In this document: piece after piece, positions 1-10,309 of the stretch
How the letters are laid out: every line of letters begins with the position of its first letter
Position numbering within the stretch: the stretch's first letter is position 1
DNA from: Candidatus Zixiibacteriota bacterium
GTDB taxonomy: Bacteria; Zixibacteria; MSB-5A5; GN15; FEB-12
NCBI GenBank assembly: GCA_041742355.1
Contig: JBGSIV010000214.1
Coordinates: 8,409-72,408, forward strand
Direction: 5' to 3'
DNA length: 64,000 nt
The notes under the pieces: model-generated
Told to the model about the DNA's origin: nothing
The model's database searches: none
The model's input: the letters and a program-made list of their open reading frames with translations, nothing else
Program-made: the position numbers and the translations under genes

Positions 1-330
1 CAGACGGCGGAGGCTCCGCTCAACCGATTCCATTATGTGCTTGCGTGACAAGCCCCTATCGTTGGGGTTGTCCGACATGGGCCAGAAAAGTTTGCTTGAT
101 ATGACGAGATCCCCCCGGCGGTGGTCCTTAAGAATTTGTCCGATAACCTCTTCCGCTCCACCTCGGGCATACGCGTCAGCCAAATCGATGAAGTTGACTC
201 CCAGCTCGATGGCCCGGCGGACGATGGGCTGTGTCCGCTCGGCTGCCACTGCTCCCCCGTATGTGAGCCATGCTCCAAGGGCTATCTCCGAAACCTTCAA
301 GCCGCTCCGACCTACCCGCCGGTATTTCAT
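1..330 (-). CDS. Aldo/keto reductase (Kv-beta-like), N-terminal part; runs off the window edge
   Basis: Manual translation from ATG at 330: MKYRRVGRSGLKVSEIALGAWLTYGG...GVNFIDLADAYARGGAEEVIG...SSKLFWPM...GLSRKHIMESVERSLRRL, typical AKR motifs (D-x4-Y, K). Not in the ORF track because it has no stop in the window. Confidence 0.9.
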   Translation of the reverse strand, partial: MKYRRVGRSGLKVSEIALGAWLTYGGAVAAERTQPIVRRAIELGVNFIDLADAYARGGAEEVIGQILKDHRRGDLVISSKLFWPMSDNPNDRGLSRKHIMESVERSLRRL

Positions 331-452
331 ATCCTACTCCAGACTGTCAGAATGATGTTGTAATCTGCTCGAAAGTACGAAAAAGCGACGTCACAGGCAA
401 ACTCCATCTACGATTCTCCGGTTGTCACTAGGCCGGCCGGGTGAATACGTTC

Positions 453-480
453 TTGAGCCCCGCGCGGGAATCCGTATATT
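453..480 (+). promoter_or_regulatory. Putative sigma70-type promoter of the men operon
   Basis: TTGAGC-16 nt-TATATT upstream of the ATG at 537. Confidence 0.5.
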
Positions 481-536
481 GCTCACCCGGCCCGTCCGCG
501 AGAACCCCTCCGGAAGGACCCTGAACTGGAAGGTGC

Positions 537-1277
537 ATGGAACAGCAGATAGATCGAAATTCGGACCAACCGGCTCTCCCGTCCAAGGGAGAGTCGCCGC
601 GCATGTTTGACCGGATCGCTCATCGTTACGACCTGATCAACCGCGTTTTGACATTTCGCATGGATGTGGGATGGCGGCGCGCCCTCGGCCGGCAGTTCCC
701 GGGCCACGCCGACCTGGCGATTCTCGATGTCGCCACCGGTACCGGCGATGTCCTCCTGTTTACGCTCGAGCGCCACCGCAATATCGGACTCGCTGTTGGC
801 CTCGATGTCGCCCCGCGCATGATGCAATTCGGCGTGGACAAAGCCCGCCGCCAGGGGATGGCCGGTCGCGTGCAGTTCGTGCAGGGGGATGCCCTCGCTC
901 TTCCCTTCGCCGACAACTCCTTCGACGTCGTCACCATCAGCTTTGGGATTCGCAACGTCACCAATGTCCCGGTGGCCCTGGCCGAAATGCGGCGCATCCT
1001 CAAGCCGTCCGGCAAGGCTCTCATACTCGAGTTTTCCTTCCCGAAGAACCGCGTCCTGCGCGCTGCTTACCTGGCCTACCTGCGACACGTACTGCCGCGT
1101 GTCGGTGGCCTGCTTTCGGGGGATGCTATCCCGTACCAATATTTGGACAAAACAGTCGAGGGTTTCCCGTACGGCGAGCAATTCTGCACCATTATGACCG
1201 CTTCCGGCTTCGAGGAGGTTCGGCAGACCCCTCTGACTTTCGGCATCGCCACTGTTTACAGCGGGGCGAAAAAGTGA
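537..1277 (+). CDS. menG: Demethylmenaquinone methyltransferase (UbiE/MenG)
   Basis: MFDRIAHRYDLINRVL, LDVATGTGD SAM motif, ISFGIRNV, YQYL; heads the men cluster. Confidence 0.92.
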   Translation: MEQQIDRNSDQPALPSKGESPRMFDRIAHRYDLINRVLTFRMDVGWRRALGRQFPGHADLAILDVATGTGDVLLFTLERHRNIGLAVGLDVAPRMMQFGVDKARRQGMAGRVQFVQGDALALPFADNSFDVVTISFGIRNVTNVPVALAEMRRILKPSGKALILEFSFPKNRVLRAAYLAYLRHVLPRVGGLLSGDAIPYQYLDKTVEGFPYGEQFCTIMTASGFEEVRQTPLTFGIATVYSGAKK

Positions 1278-1300
1278 TATCGTGAGCGCATCCGATTGAA

Positions 1301-2695
1301 ATGAAGATTATGCCAACCGCATCTGCCGATATGAGCACCCTGGATCCGGCCACAGCTATCGCGGGACTGGGCGAGAAGATCGTTCACGCCCTGCGCGACG
1401 CTACTGGCCGTGAACAGCATGTTGTTCGGGTCGAAGTCCCTGTCGGCGCGACGGACCCATCCGCATGGCTTGCGGCGCAACGCCCGGGCCGACGCTCTTA
1501 CTGGTCTGATCGCGACCGCGCCATCGCTCTCGCCGGTGTCGGTTCCGCCATGACTCTGGCCCTGAACGAACAGATCGGACTGCAGGACCTGTTCAGCCGG
1601 ATTCGATCCCTGCTGGCCGACAGTTCCACTGACACTCGGTTCTTCGGCGGCCTCCGCTTCGACGGCACCCGCCCGATCGCCGAACACTGGCGGACCTTCG
1701 GCCCGGGGCAGTTCATCCTGCCCCGCTTTGAACTGGTGGCCCGCGGCGACACGGCCGTTCTCGCCGCCAACCTGGTGCTGCCCGATGATCAGGGCCGGGC
1801 CGATGAAATCCTGTTCGCCCTGAGGCAGATCACGTGCGACAGGCCCCGCCCCGGAACCGGACAACACAGCATCCGCAGTCGCATCGACAACCCCCGGCGC
1901 GAACTCTGGTTGGCCCAGGTGCAGGAGGCGATCGACTCGATAGGCCGGGGCGAAATAGACAAAGTCGTACTCGCTCGGGAAAGTCAGTTCGACCTCGAGC
2001 AGCCGGTCGACCCGATTGCCCTCATCGCCGCTTTGCAGGCGGCGTCCCCACACTGCTATGTGTTCTGTTTCGAACCGGCTGACCAGACCGCTTTCATCGG
2101 AGCCTCCCCCGAACAGCTGTATCGCAGAGACGGCCGTCTGGTCCGAAGCGAAGCTCTCGCGGGTACCCGTCCCCGCGGCGCCGACGATGACGAAGACCGC
2201 CATCTCGGTGAGAAACTCATGAACAGCCGGAAGGAGGCTCGCGAACACGCATTTGTCGCCAACGCCGTCCGTCACGTCCTCGCCGAGCGCTGCCGCTCTC
2301 TCCGGGGCGGCGACGAGCGCTCCCTCGTCAGGCTGGCCCGCGTCCAGCACCTCATCACTCGCTTCGAGGGTCAGCTCAATGACAGGACGACCGACGCCGA
2401 TCTGATCGAGGGCCTCCATCCCACTCCGGCAGTCGGCGGCGTTCCGACGCACACAGCCAGGGCGAAGATCCGCGACCTCGAGACTTTTGACCGCGGCTGG
2501 TATGCCGGCCCGATCGGGTGGGTTTCCCGCGATTCCGCCGAATTCGCCGTCGGCATTCGCTCCGCCCTCGTCGGGCGCGACACTCTTCGGCTGTTTTCCG
2601 GCGCGGGTATAGTCGAGGGCTCCCATCCGGACAAAGAATGGGACGAAATCGAAAATAAGATCTCCGGGTTCCTCAAATTGATAGCGACCACATGA
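1301..2695 (+). CDS. menF: Isochorismate synthase
   Basis: KVVLAR, GASPEQL, ALAGT, LHPTPAVGG, RGWYAGPIGW, GAGIV chorismate-binding motifs. Confidence 0.92.
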   Translation: MKIMPTASADMSTLDPATAIAGLGEKIVHALRDATGREQHVVRVEVPVGATDPSAWLAAQRPGRRSYWSDRDRAIALAGVGSAMTLALNEQIGLQDLFSRIRSLLADSSTDTRFFGGLRFDGTRPIAEHWRTFGPGQFILPRFELVARGDTAVLAANLVLPDDQGRADEILFALRQITCDRPRPGTGQHSIRSRIDNPRRELWLAQVQEAIDSIGRGEIDKVVLARESQFDLEQPVDPIALIAALQAASPHCYVFCFEPADQTAFIGASPEQLYRRDGRLVRSEALAGTRPRGADDDEDRHLGEKLMNSRKEAREHAFVANAVRHVLAERCRSLRGGDERSLVRLARVQHLITRFEGQLNDRTTDADLIEGLHPTPAVGGVPTHTARAKIRDLETFDRGWYAGPIGWVSRDSAEFAVGIRSALVGRDTLRLFSGAGIVEGSHPDKEWDEIENKISGFLKLIATT

Positions 2696-4452
2696 ACACC
2701 GGACATCCTCATATCAACAGCCTGTGGGCCGACCTGATTATCGAAGAACTTGTCCGCAACGGTATTGACTTCTTCTGCCTCTCCCCCGGTTCGCGCTCCA
2801 CTCCGCTCGTTGCGGCAGTCGCCACCCATCCACAGGCGAAGAGTCTCATGCACTTCGATGAACGCGGGGCCGCCTTCTGCGCCCTCGGGTACGCCCGGGC
2901 TACCGGCCGCCCGGCGGTGGTGATATGCACCTCAGGCACCGCTGCGGCCAACTACTGTCCGGCCATCGTCGAAGCCTCCGCCGATCACCTACCGATGCTC
3001 GTGTTGACCGCCGACCGGCCGCCGGAACTTCGGGCGACCGCAGCCAACCAGACAATCGACCAGGTGAAGATGTACGGCGACTACTCCCGGTGGTTTTTCG
3101 AACTCCCCTGTCCCGACCGCGCCGTGCCGCCGCGCGTAGTTCTGACGACCATTGATCAGGCTGTCTACCGCACGGCACAACGCCCTGCGGGACCGGTTCA
3201 CCTGAACCTGCCGTTTCGCGAACCGCTCGCCCCGATCGGTCCGGAAGAGGATTTCGGTTCTTACCTTGCCGATACTGAACGCTGGCGCGCGACGAATGCT
3301 CCCTTGACGCGCTACCACCAGCCTACGACAGTGTGCGAACCCGCCCGCCTGGAGGATGCCGCGCAGCTGGTCAATGCCGCCGAACGGGGTCTTATCGTGG
3401 TCGGTCGGTTGAGAGACGCCGAGGATCAGGCCGCAATCACCAAAGTCGCCCGTGCACTCGGATGGCCGGTGCTTGCCGATATCGGCTCCGGCCTCCGCTC
3501 CCGCGACAGGAACAGCCTCACGGTGCCGTACGCCGACCATGTGCTGTGCTCCGATTCCTTTGCCGATGCGCATGCGCCCGACACGGTGCTTCACTTTGGT
3601 CCTCCAGTCACTTCGAAACGAATCTGGCAGTGGCTTTCGTCGTCGCGGCCGCAGACGTATATCCACATCGCCGACCACCCGGAACGGCAGGATCCCGAAC
3701 ACCGGATCACGCATCGGTACGACTCCGATATCGAGATGTTCTGCAATTTTCTACTACCGTTTGTCACGGGTAAACCCCGTACGGCCTTCCGCGACTCTTG
3801 GCATGCCGCCGCAGCCCGGGCGGCTGCCGCTATCGAACAGGCTCTGCGGCAGGACAACTCACTCTCTGAGCCATTCATCGCTCGAACGGTCACGCAGTGC
3901 GCGGCCGTCGATTCGTGCCTCTTTGTCGCTTCCAGCATGCCGATCCGCGATATCGACATGTTCGCCGATCCCGACGGCGTTTCGGTACCGCTCGGCGCTA
4001 ATCGCGGCGCTAGCGGTATCGACGGTACCGTCGCTTCGGCGGTCGGTTTCTCCCTCGGCCACAACAAGCGCTGCACACTCCTGATTGGTGACCTCGCCCT
4101 CCTGCACGACCTGAACTCGCTGGCGCTCGTGAACAGGAGCGCCAGGCCGATGACCATTGTCGCAGTCAACAACGACGGCGGCGGGATTTTCAGCTTCCTC
4201 CCGATCTCCCGGCGGACCGATCTCTTCGAGCCGTACTGGGGGACGCCTCATGGCCTGAGTTTTGAACACGCCGCCGCGATGTTCGGGTTGCGTCACACCC
4301 GAGCCACGACTCCGGCCGAGTTTGAGCGGGCCTACCGGGAATCCCAAACCTCCGATCGTTCCCAGCTCATAGAAATCCACACCAACCGGGATGCCAACTT
4401 CCGGTTGCATAACACCATCACCGCCGGCGTCGCCGATGCGTTAGATCGTTGA
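2692..4452 (+). CDS. menD: SEPHCHC synthase
   Basis: SPGSRSTPL, DERGAAF, TSGTAAAN, NRGASGIDG, GDLALLHDLNSL, NNDGGGIF. Confidence 0.95.
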   Translation: MNTGHPHINSLWADLIIEELVRNGIDFFCLSPGSRSTPLVAAVATHPQAKSLMHFDERGAAFCALGYARATGRPAVVICTSGTAAANYCPAIVEASADHLPMLVLTADRPPELRATAANQTIDQVKMYGDYSRWFFELPCPDRAVPPRVVLTTIDQAVYRTAQRPAGPVHLNLPFREPLAPIGPEEDFGSYLADTERWRATNAPLTRYHQPTTVCEPARLEDAAQLVNAAERGLIVVGRLRDAEDQAAITKVARALGWPVLADIGSGLRSRDRNSLTVPYADHVLCSDSFADAHAPDTVLHFGPPVTSKRIWQWLSSSRPQTYIHIADHPERQDPEHRITHRYDSDIEMFCNFLLPFVTGKPRTAFRDSWHAAAARAAAAIEQALRQDNSLSEPFIARTVTQCAAVDSCLFVASSMPIRDIDMFADPDGVSVPLGANRGASGIDGTVASAVGFSLGHNKRCTLLIGDLALLHDLNSLALVNRSARPMTIVAVNNDGGGIFSFLPISRRTDLFEPYWGTPHGLSFEHAAAMFGLRHTRATTPAEFERAYRESQTSDRSQLIEIHTNRDANFRLHNTITAGVADALDR

Positions 4453-4456
4453 GTAT

Positions 4457-5251
4457 ATGTCAGATTACAACCTTCATGTCCATTCTGCCGGCGATCCGAA
4501 GAATCCGCCGGTCGTCCTGCTGCACGGTTTTCTCGGCACCGGCGCCGATTGGCGCGAAGTCATGGATGCGCTGTCCGACCGGTTCTACTGCCTCGCCCCG
4601 GACCTCCCCGGTCACGGCGAGACGGTGATCGATGGCCCGGACACGCTCTATACCGCCAACGCGACCGCGCGTCTGCTGGCCGGTTACATCAACGGCGAGC
4701 GCCTTCAGACTCCCGACCTGATCGGCTACTCGATGGGCGGGCGCCTGGCATTGTACCTCGCGGTCAACTACCCGGATTATTTCCGCCGCATGGTTCTCGA
4801 ATCAAGTTCGCCCGGTCTTAGCAATCCCACCGAGCGTGCCGCTCGGCGCGATCAGGACCTGGCCCTGGCCAGCCGCCTGGAATCGGAGTCCTTTGACAAG
4901 TTCCTCAGGGACTGGTACGATCAGCCGATCTTCGCTTCGCTGCAGCGTTACCCCGACAGGCTGAAAACGCTCATCGCGCAACGTCTGAGGCAGAACCCAC
5001 TCAAACTCGCCGTGTCCCTCCGGCACTTCGGCGCCGGCATCCAGGAACCTCTCTGGAACCGGCTGGCCAAGACTCCGCCAACCCTGTTGATTGTCGGCGA
5101 ACATGACGCTAAATTCCAGCAGATCGCCACGCGCATGGTGTCGGCCATGCCGGATGCGACCGTCGGAATCGTTCCCGATGCCGGACACAATGTGCACCTT
5201 GAGCAGCCGGAGCGGTTCGTGCGAATTGTGAAAGAGTTCTTGCGCAAATAG
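4457..5251 (+). CDS. menH: SHCHC synthase (alpha/beta hydrolase)
   Basis: [32 protein letters not shown]; follows menD. Confidence 0.92.
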   Translation: MSDYNLHVHSAGDPKNPPVVLLHGFLGTGADWREVMDALSDRFYCLAPDLPGHGETVIDGPDTLYTANATARLLAGYINGERLQTPDLIGYSMGGRLALYLAVNYPDYFRRMVLESSSPGLSNPTERAARRDQDLALASRLESESFDKFLRDWYDQPIFASLQRYPDRLKTLIAQRLRQNPLKLAVSLRHFGAGIQEPLWNRLAKTPPTLLIVGEHDAKFQQIATRMVSAMPDATVGIVPDAGHNVHLEQPERFVRIVKEFLRK

Positions 5252-5261
5252 AGAGGTACCT

Positions 5262-6083
5262 ATGCCCAGCGTCAACTGGACACCCACCGGCGCCTACACC
5301 GATATCAAGTACCACAAGGGCGAAGGCATCGCCAGGATCACGATCAACCGCCCCGATGTCCGCAACGCCTTTCGTCCGCTGACGGTCAAGGAGATGCAGG
5401 ACGCCCTCAAAGATGCGTGGGAGGATCCGCAGATCGGCGTGATCATTCTCACCGGAGAGGGTGACAAGGCGTTCTGCTCCGGCGGAGACCAGAAAATCCG
5501 CGGCGAATCGGGTTACACCGACGAGAGCGGCGTCAACCGCCTCAACGTGCTGGAGTTCCAGCGCCAGATACGCACCTGTCCCAAACCGATCATCGCGATG
5601 GTGGCCGGCTACGCTATCGGCGGCGGCCACGTCCTGCACCTGCTGTGCGACCTGACTATCGCCGCCGACAACGCCGTTTTCGGTCAGACCGGGCCGAAAG
5701 TCGGTTCTTTCGACGGCGGCTACGGCTCCGCCTACATGGCCCGCATTGTCGGACAGAAGAAGGCCCGCGAGATCTGGTTCCTCTGCCGTCAATACAATGC
5801 GCAGCAGGCCCTCGACATGGGCCTCGTCAACACCGTGGTGCCGCTTGCCCGCCTTGAAGAGGAGACGATTCAGTGGTGCCGTGAGATCCTGGCCAATTCT
5901 CCGACCGCTCTGCGTTGTCTGAAAGCGGCCCTCAATGCCGACTGCGACGGCCAGGCCGGGCTGCAGGAACTCGCCGGCAACACCACCATGCTGTACTACA
6001 TGACGGCCGAGGCGCAGGAGGGGCGCGACGCCTTCAAGGAGAAACGCAAACCCGACTTCTCCAAATTCCCCCGCCAGCCGTAG
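5262..6083 (+). CDS. menB: 1,4-dihydroxy-2-naphthoyl-CoA synthase
   Basis: [43 protein letters not shown]. Confidence 0.97.
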   Translation: MPSVNWTPTGAYTDIKYHKGEGIARITINRPDVRNAFRPLTVKEMQDALKDAWEDPQIGVIILTGEGDKAFCSGGDQKIRGESGYTDESGVNRLNVLEFQRQIRTCPKPIIAMVAGYAIGGGHVLHLLCDLTIAADNAVFGQTGPKVGSFDGGYGSAYMARIVGQKKAREIWFLCRQYNAQQALDMGLVNTVVPLARLEEETIQWCREILANSPTALRCLKAALNADCDGQAGLQELAGNTTMLYYMTAEAQEGRDAFKEKRKPDFSKFPRQP

Positions 6084-6163
6084 GCACGAAGAGCAGGGAG
6101 GCACGACGTGAGGAGCGAGGCGATGAGTGAGGCGAACAGGGGCTTCGGCAATCACTCGGATTC

Positions 6164-6259
6164 TGTCAGCCCGGCGAAGGCCGGGGGAAGCAATCTCTCT
6201 GTTGGCCGCGCCGCAGGCACCGGGAGAGGTTGCTTCGTCGCTCCGCTCCTCGCAATGAC
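6164..6259. repeat. Composite TGTC/GTC-tagged palindromic repeat between menB and menA
   Basis: TGTCAGCCCGGCGAAGGCCGGG hairpin; GAAGCAATCTCTC...GAGAGGTTGCTTC arms; end TTGCTTCGTCGCTCCGCTCCTCGCAATGAC, also seen at 20984-21017. Confidence 0.75.
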
Positions 6260-6301
6260 TGCCAACGCCGCGTTGCGGGTAATGCCTCGGAGGTCGGCCC
6301 C

Positions 6302-7180
6302 ATGACGTCGCCCGCAGTCTGGCTCATGGCGTCGCGCCCGAAGACGCTCTTCGCCGCGGCCGCCCCGGTGGTGATCGGCACAGCTATGGCCCTCGATATC
6401 GGCGGAATTCACTGGCCCTCCGCCCTGGCTGCCCTTGTGGGAGCACTCCTGATTCAAATCGGCACCAACTTCGCCAACGACTACTCGGACTTCAAGTCCG
6501 GCGCCGATCGGGGAGAACGTCTCGGTCCAACGCGGGTCACCCAGGCCGGGCTCGTCACGCCCTCACAGATGAAGTTCGCGACCGCTCTGGTATTTGCTCT
6601 TGCCCTGTTAGTCGGTGCCTACCTCGTCTATCGTGGCGGCTGGCCCATCGTTGTCATCGGCCTCACCTCGATTCTCTTCGGCATTCTCTACACGGCGGGA
6701 CCCTACCCGCTCGGCTACAACGGGCTCGGCGATCTTTTCGTCCTCATCTACTTCGGCCCGGTCGCGGTCGGCGGCACGTACTATGTTCAGACGCTCCAGG
6801 TCACCCCGGCCGTGCTGATCGCCGGACTCCCTCCCGGGCTTTTCTCGGTGGGCATCCTGACAATCAACAACCTGCGCGATATCGACAACGACCGCCGGGC
6901 CGGCAAGAGGACTCTTGCGGCGCGCTTCGGCCGCACCTTTGCCCGAACCGAATACGCTGCCGTCATCTTAATCGCGTTGCTCGTTCCCGTCGTCCTCGTG
7001 CTCATGACCGGAGCCCACTACTGGTCCCTCGCGGCAGCCCTGACGCTGCTGCCGGCGATTCCGGCTTTTCGCACCGCCTGGCGCGCCACCGACGGCCCCA
7101 GCCTCAACAACCTGCTCGCAACCACCGGCAAGCTCCTGCTGTTGTACAGTGTGGTCTTTTCCGTGGGGTGGCTGCTATGA
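6302..7180 (+). CDS. menA: DHNA polyprenyltransferase
   Basis: WLMASRPKTL, NFANDYSDFKSGAD, INNLRDIDNDRRAGKRTLA; hydrophobic; start taken at ATG 6302. Confidence 0.95.
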   Translation: MTSPAVWLMASRPKTLFAAAAPVVIGTAMALDIGGIHWPSALAALVGALLIQIGTNFANDYSDFKSGADRGERLGPTRVTQAGLVTPSQMKFATALVFALALLVGAYLVYRGGWPIVVIGLTSILFGILYTAGPYPLGYNGLGDLFVLIYFGPVAVGGTYYVQTLQVTPAVLIAGLPPGLFSVGILTINNLRDIDNDRRAGKRTLAARFGRTFARTEYAAVILIALLVPVVLVLMTGAHYWSLAAALTLLPAIPAFRTAWRATDGPSLNNLLATTGKLLLLYSVVFSVGWLL

Positions 7181-8292
7181 GGATTGCCCGGATACAAATC
7201 TACCGCTACCGTCTGCCGTTGCGGCGGCCGATCACGCTGCGCGGGAACCGTCTGGAAACCCGCGACGGTCTGGCGTTGAGAATTACGACCGATACGGGGG
7301 ATTTCGCCTGGGGCGAGGTCGCGCCGCTGCCCGGCTTCAGCCGCGAAACGCTTTGGGATGCAGAGCGCCAGCTGCGCGAACTGCGCACCGGACTGCGCGA
7401 CAGCCTCATCCCGACCGGGCTGGAGAGACTCGATGGCGGCTTCGGCAACTGGCTTGGGCATAGTCGGCTCACGCCGTCGGTCTCAGTCGGTGTAGAGACC
7501 GCCGTGCTGCAGCTCATCTCTCGCAGCAAGGACCGCCCGATGCGCCGTCTCCTGTGCGACAACGCCCGGGACAGTATCGCGGTCAACGCCCTGCTGGCCG
7601 GCGCAGAAGACGACATAGTCGAGAAAGCCGCGCGCCTGGTCGCCGGGGGGTACACCGCGTTCAAGCTCAAGATCGGCGGGCGGCCCCTTGATGACGACAT
7701 CCGCATTGTCCGCCGTGTTCGCGAAACGATCGGTCCGCGCCCCCGTCTTCGGCTCGACGCCAACCGAGGCTTCGATCTTCGGACCGCGCTGCGCTTCGGC
7801 GACGCCGTCCACCTTTACGATATCGACTACATCGAGGAGCCCGTGCAGGACTTCCTCGAACTCCTCCAGCTGACCAACCGCGGGGGGTTCCGGCTCGAGG
7901 TTGCTCTCGATGAAAGCCTCCAGACGATTTCTCCCAAAGCGCTCATGCAGATGCGCGGTATCCGCGCCGTTATCCTCAAGCCCTCGCTCCTCGGATTCGA
8001 GTGGTCGATGTGGTTTGCCCTGCGCGCCCAGAAACTCGGCATGATTACGGTGATGAGTTCGACCTATGAATCCAGCCTCACCCTCGCGATGCTGGCCAAA
8101 ATCAGCGCCTGCCTCAACAATGGAACCGCCGGCGAGGATGTCGCGATGGGGCTTGGCACACTCGATCTCTTCGAACGCGATCTCACGGTCGAATCGCTGC
8201 GGGTCGACCACGGCCGGGTCGACCTCACCACGGTCCCGCCAACGGTCTTCGAGCTGGCGCCTGATCTGATCGAGGAAATCGACCATGACTGA
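7177..8292 (+). CDS. menC: o-succinylbenzoate synthase
   Basis: GEVAPLPGFSRE, KLKIG, LRLDAN, YIEEP, ALDESL, LKPSLLG; ATGA overlap with menA. Confidence 0.92.
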   Translation: MRIARIQIYRYRLPLRRPITLRGNRLETRDGLALRITTDTGDFAWGEVAPLPGFSRETLWDAERQLRELRTGLRDSLIPTGLERLDGGFGNWLGHSRLTPSVSVGVETAVLQLISRSKDRPMRRLLCDNARDSIAVNALLAGAEDDIVEKAARLVAGGYTAFKLKIGGRPLDDDIRIVRRVRETIGPRPRLRLDANRGFDLRTALRFGDAVHLYDIDYIEEPVQDFLELLQLTNRGGFRLEVALDESLQTISPKALMQMRGIRAVILKPSLLGFEWSMWFALRAQKLGMITVMSSTYESSLTLAMLAKISACLNNGTAGEDVAMGLGTLDLFERDLTVESLRVDHGRVDLTTVPPTVFELAPDLIEEIDHD

Positions 8293-9796
8293 TCTTCCCC
8301 TGCCGCTCGATCAGGCGGTTCGCAGCCAGCCAGACCACCCCGCTCTCGTTACACCGGCGCAGGTCTACACCTACGCCGATCTTCATCGCCTCACCGATGC
8401 GTTCGCGGCACACTTGATCGCGCGGTTGCCGAATGACCCTGCCCCCCGCCGAATTGCCCTGATGCTTGACCCGGCCGACACAGTGGTCGCGTGTGTGCTC
8501 TTGTGGGCCTCGCTGCGGCTCGGCCTCTGCGCCGTGCCGATCGACTGCCGTCTCCCCACGCGCATGGTCCGGCCGATCCTCCAGGACAACGATATATTCC
8601 CGGTCTACTTCAATACCCCCGAGTCCGATCAGCCTGTCCCCGGCGTCAGCTGGAGCGAGAGTCTTTCGACACCGAGCAGTCCAAACCTTCGTGGTGAGTC
8701 AATTGCCCGGCCCGCCGAGCACGAGGCCACCGGCCTCCTGACCTCCGGCTCGACCGGCGATCCCAAGCTCTGCGTGCACTCACTGGGGAACCATGTCTAC
8801 AATGCCTTGGGATCGAACCAGAACATACTGCTCCGCCCCGGTGACCGGTGGCTGCTGTCGCTGCCGCTGAACCATGTCGGTGGCCTGGCGATTCTCTTTC
8901 GTGCGGCGCTCGCCGGCGCCGCGGTAGCTGTCGCCGGGCCGGAAGACGAGCTGATCGACAGCATCGCCAACCTCCGCATCACGCACTGCTCGATGGTCCC
9001 GACGCAGCTCCACCGTTACCTGCACGCCGGTGGACGCCGCGAAACGCTCTCCGCCCTCCTTGTCAGCGGAGCGTCCACCCCCCCGGCGTTAATCGCGGCG
9101 GCCGTTGACCGCGGCCTGCCGCTCCGTACCTCGTATGGCCTGACGGAAATGGCGTCACAGGTGACCACCACCGAGCCCGGCGCCCCGCTCACCCGCCTGT
9201 TTACATCGGGCCGGCTTCTCCCTCACCGTGAACTGCAATTAGACCCGGCGGGCGAAGTTCTCGTCCGCGGCGAGACCCTCTGCCTCGGTTACCTCGAGCG
9301 GGGAACGGTAATGCCAGTCACTGGTTCCGATGGTTGGTACCATACCGGCGACACAGGTATTCTCGACCCCGATGGCTACCTGAAAGTCACGGGCCGCCGG
9401 GACAACATGTTCATCTCGGGGGGCGAGAATATCCAGCCCGAGCTGATCGAACGAGTTCTCATTGAGTTTCCGGGAATTTCCGAAGCGGTGGTCGTGGCGG
9501 CCCCCGACGATGAATTCGGCGCGCGACCGTTCGCGTTCGTCGCGTTTGATGAGCGCGATCCCCGCGACTTTGACCAATCCACCCGCCTGATCCGCGACTA
9601 TATCATGCTGACCGGCGCGATGGCCGACACCCCGATCCAGGTAAAAACGCTGCTCAAAGACCGGCTCCCGCGGCACGCTATCCCGGTGCGCTTCGCGATT
9701 ATCCCCCCGGCAGCCCGCCAGGGGATCAAGGTCAGCCGGGCCGTGCTGACCAGTCTTGCCCGCCAATACTACCGGCCGGAGAAGTCGGAATCCTAA
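8285..9796 (+). CDS. menE: o-succinylbenzoate-CoA ligase
   Basis: TSGSTGDPK, LPLNHVGG, SYGLTEMASQ, GRRDNMFISGGENIQPE. Confidence 0.92.
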   Translation: MTDLPLPLDQAVRSQPDHPALVTPAQVYTYADLHRLTDAFAAHLIARLPNDPAPRRIALMLDPADTVVACVLLWASLRLGLCAVPIDCRLPTRMVRPILQDNDIFPVYFNTPESDQPVPGVSWSESLSTPSSPNLRGESIARPAEHEATGLLTSGSTGDPKLCVHSLGNHVYNALGSNQNILLRPGDRWLLSLPLNHVGGLAILFRAALAGAAVAVAGPEDELIDSIANLRITHCSMVPTQLHRYLHAGGRRETLSALLVSGASTPPALIAAAVDRGLPLRTSYGLTEMASQVTTTEPGAPLTRLFTSGRLLPHRELQLDPAGEVLVRGETLCLGYLERGTVMPVTGSDGWYHTGDTGILDPDGYLKVTGRRDNMFISGGENIQPELIERVLIEFPGISEAVVVAAPDDEFGARPFAFVAFDERDPRDFDQSTRLIRDYIMLTGAMADTPIQVKTLLKDRLPRHAIPVRFAIIPPAARQGIKVSRAVLTSLARQYYRPEKSES

Positions 9797-10194
9797 GCAA
9801 TTCCCTCAAGCGCCGCCCGCAGGCCATCCGGCAGCACCCGCGCGTTGAATCCCTGTTTATCGACACAGGCGTGCACCGAATTGCCGCTCGCCACAACGTT
9901 GCCGTCGGCATTCACCACGGTGTAGTTTAGCGTGAAGGAGGTCTTTCCGATGTTGCCGGCGGCGATTTCCACGGTCACCTTGCTTCCCACATACAGCGGG
10001 CGCTTGAAATCGCACTCGGCGTGCACGATCAGCACGACGTAGTCGGCCTCGTGGATTATGTGGTAGAATTCGAATCCGACGGAGGCCATGAAGTTCTCGT
10101 ACGCTTCGTGGGTCAGCCGGAAGTAATTGGCAAAAAACAGGACTCCCGCCGCATCGGTATCATGAAGCTTTACGCCGGTCTGGTACGTATACAT
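9793..10194 (-). CDS. Hotdog acyl-CoA thioesterase, probable DHNA-CoA hydrolase (MenI function)
   Basis: HDTDAAGVLFFANYF 4HBT motif; convergent on menE. Confidence 0.75.
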   Translation of the reverse strand: MYTYQTGVKLHDTDAAGVLFFANYFRLTHEAYENFMASVGFEFYHIIHEADYVVLIVHAECDFKRPLYVGSKVTVEIAAGNIGKTSFTLNYTVVNADGNVVASGNSVHACVDKQGFNARVLPDGLRAALEGIA

Positions 10195-10309
10195 ACTTGT
10201 TGCCCTCGCGAAAATATCGTGCGCGCAGCGAGCGCGCCATGTATATTGGCTGCCTATGTATAACGCAATTAAGGACTAAGCGCAAAGCATAATACCTTAC
10301 AGGAGTACC

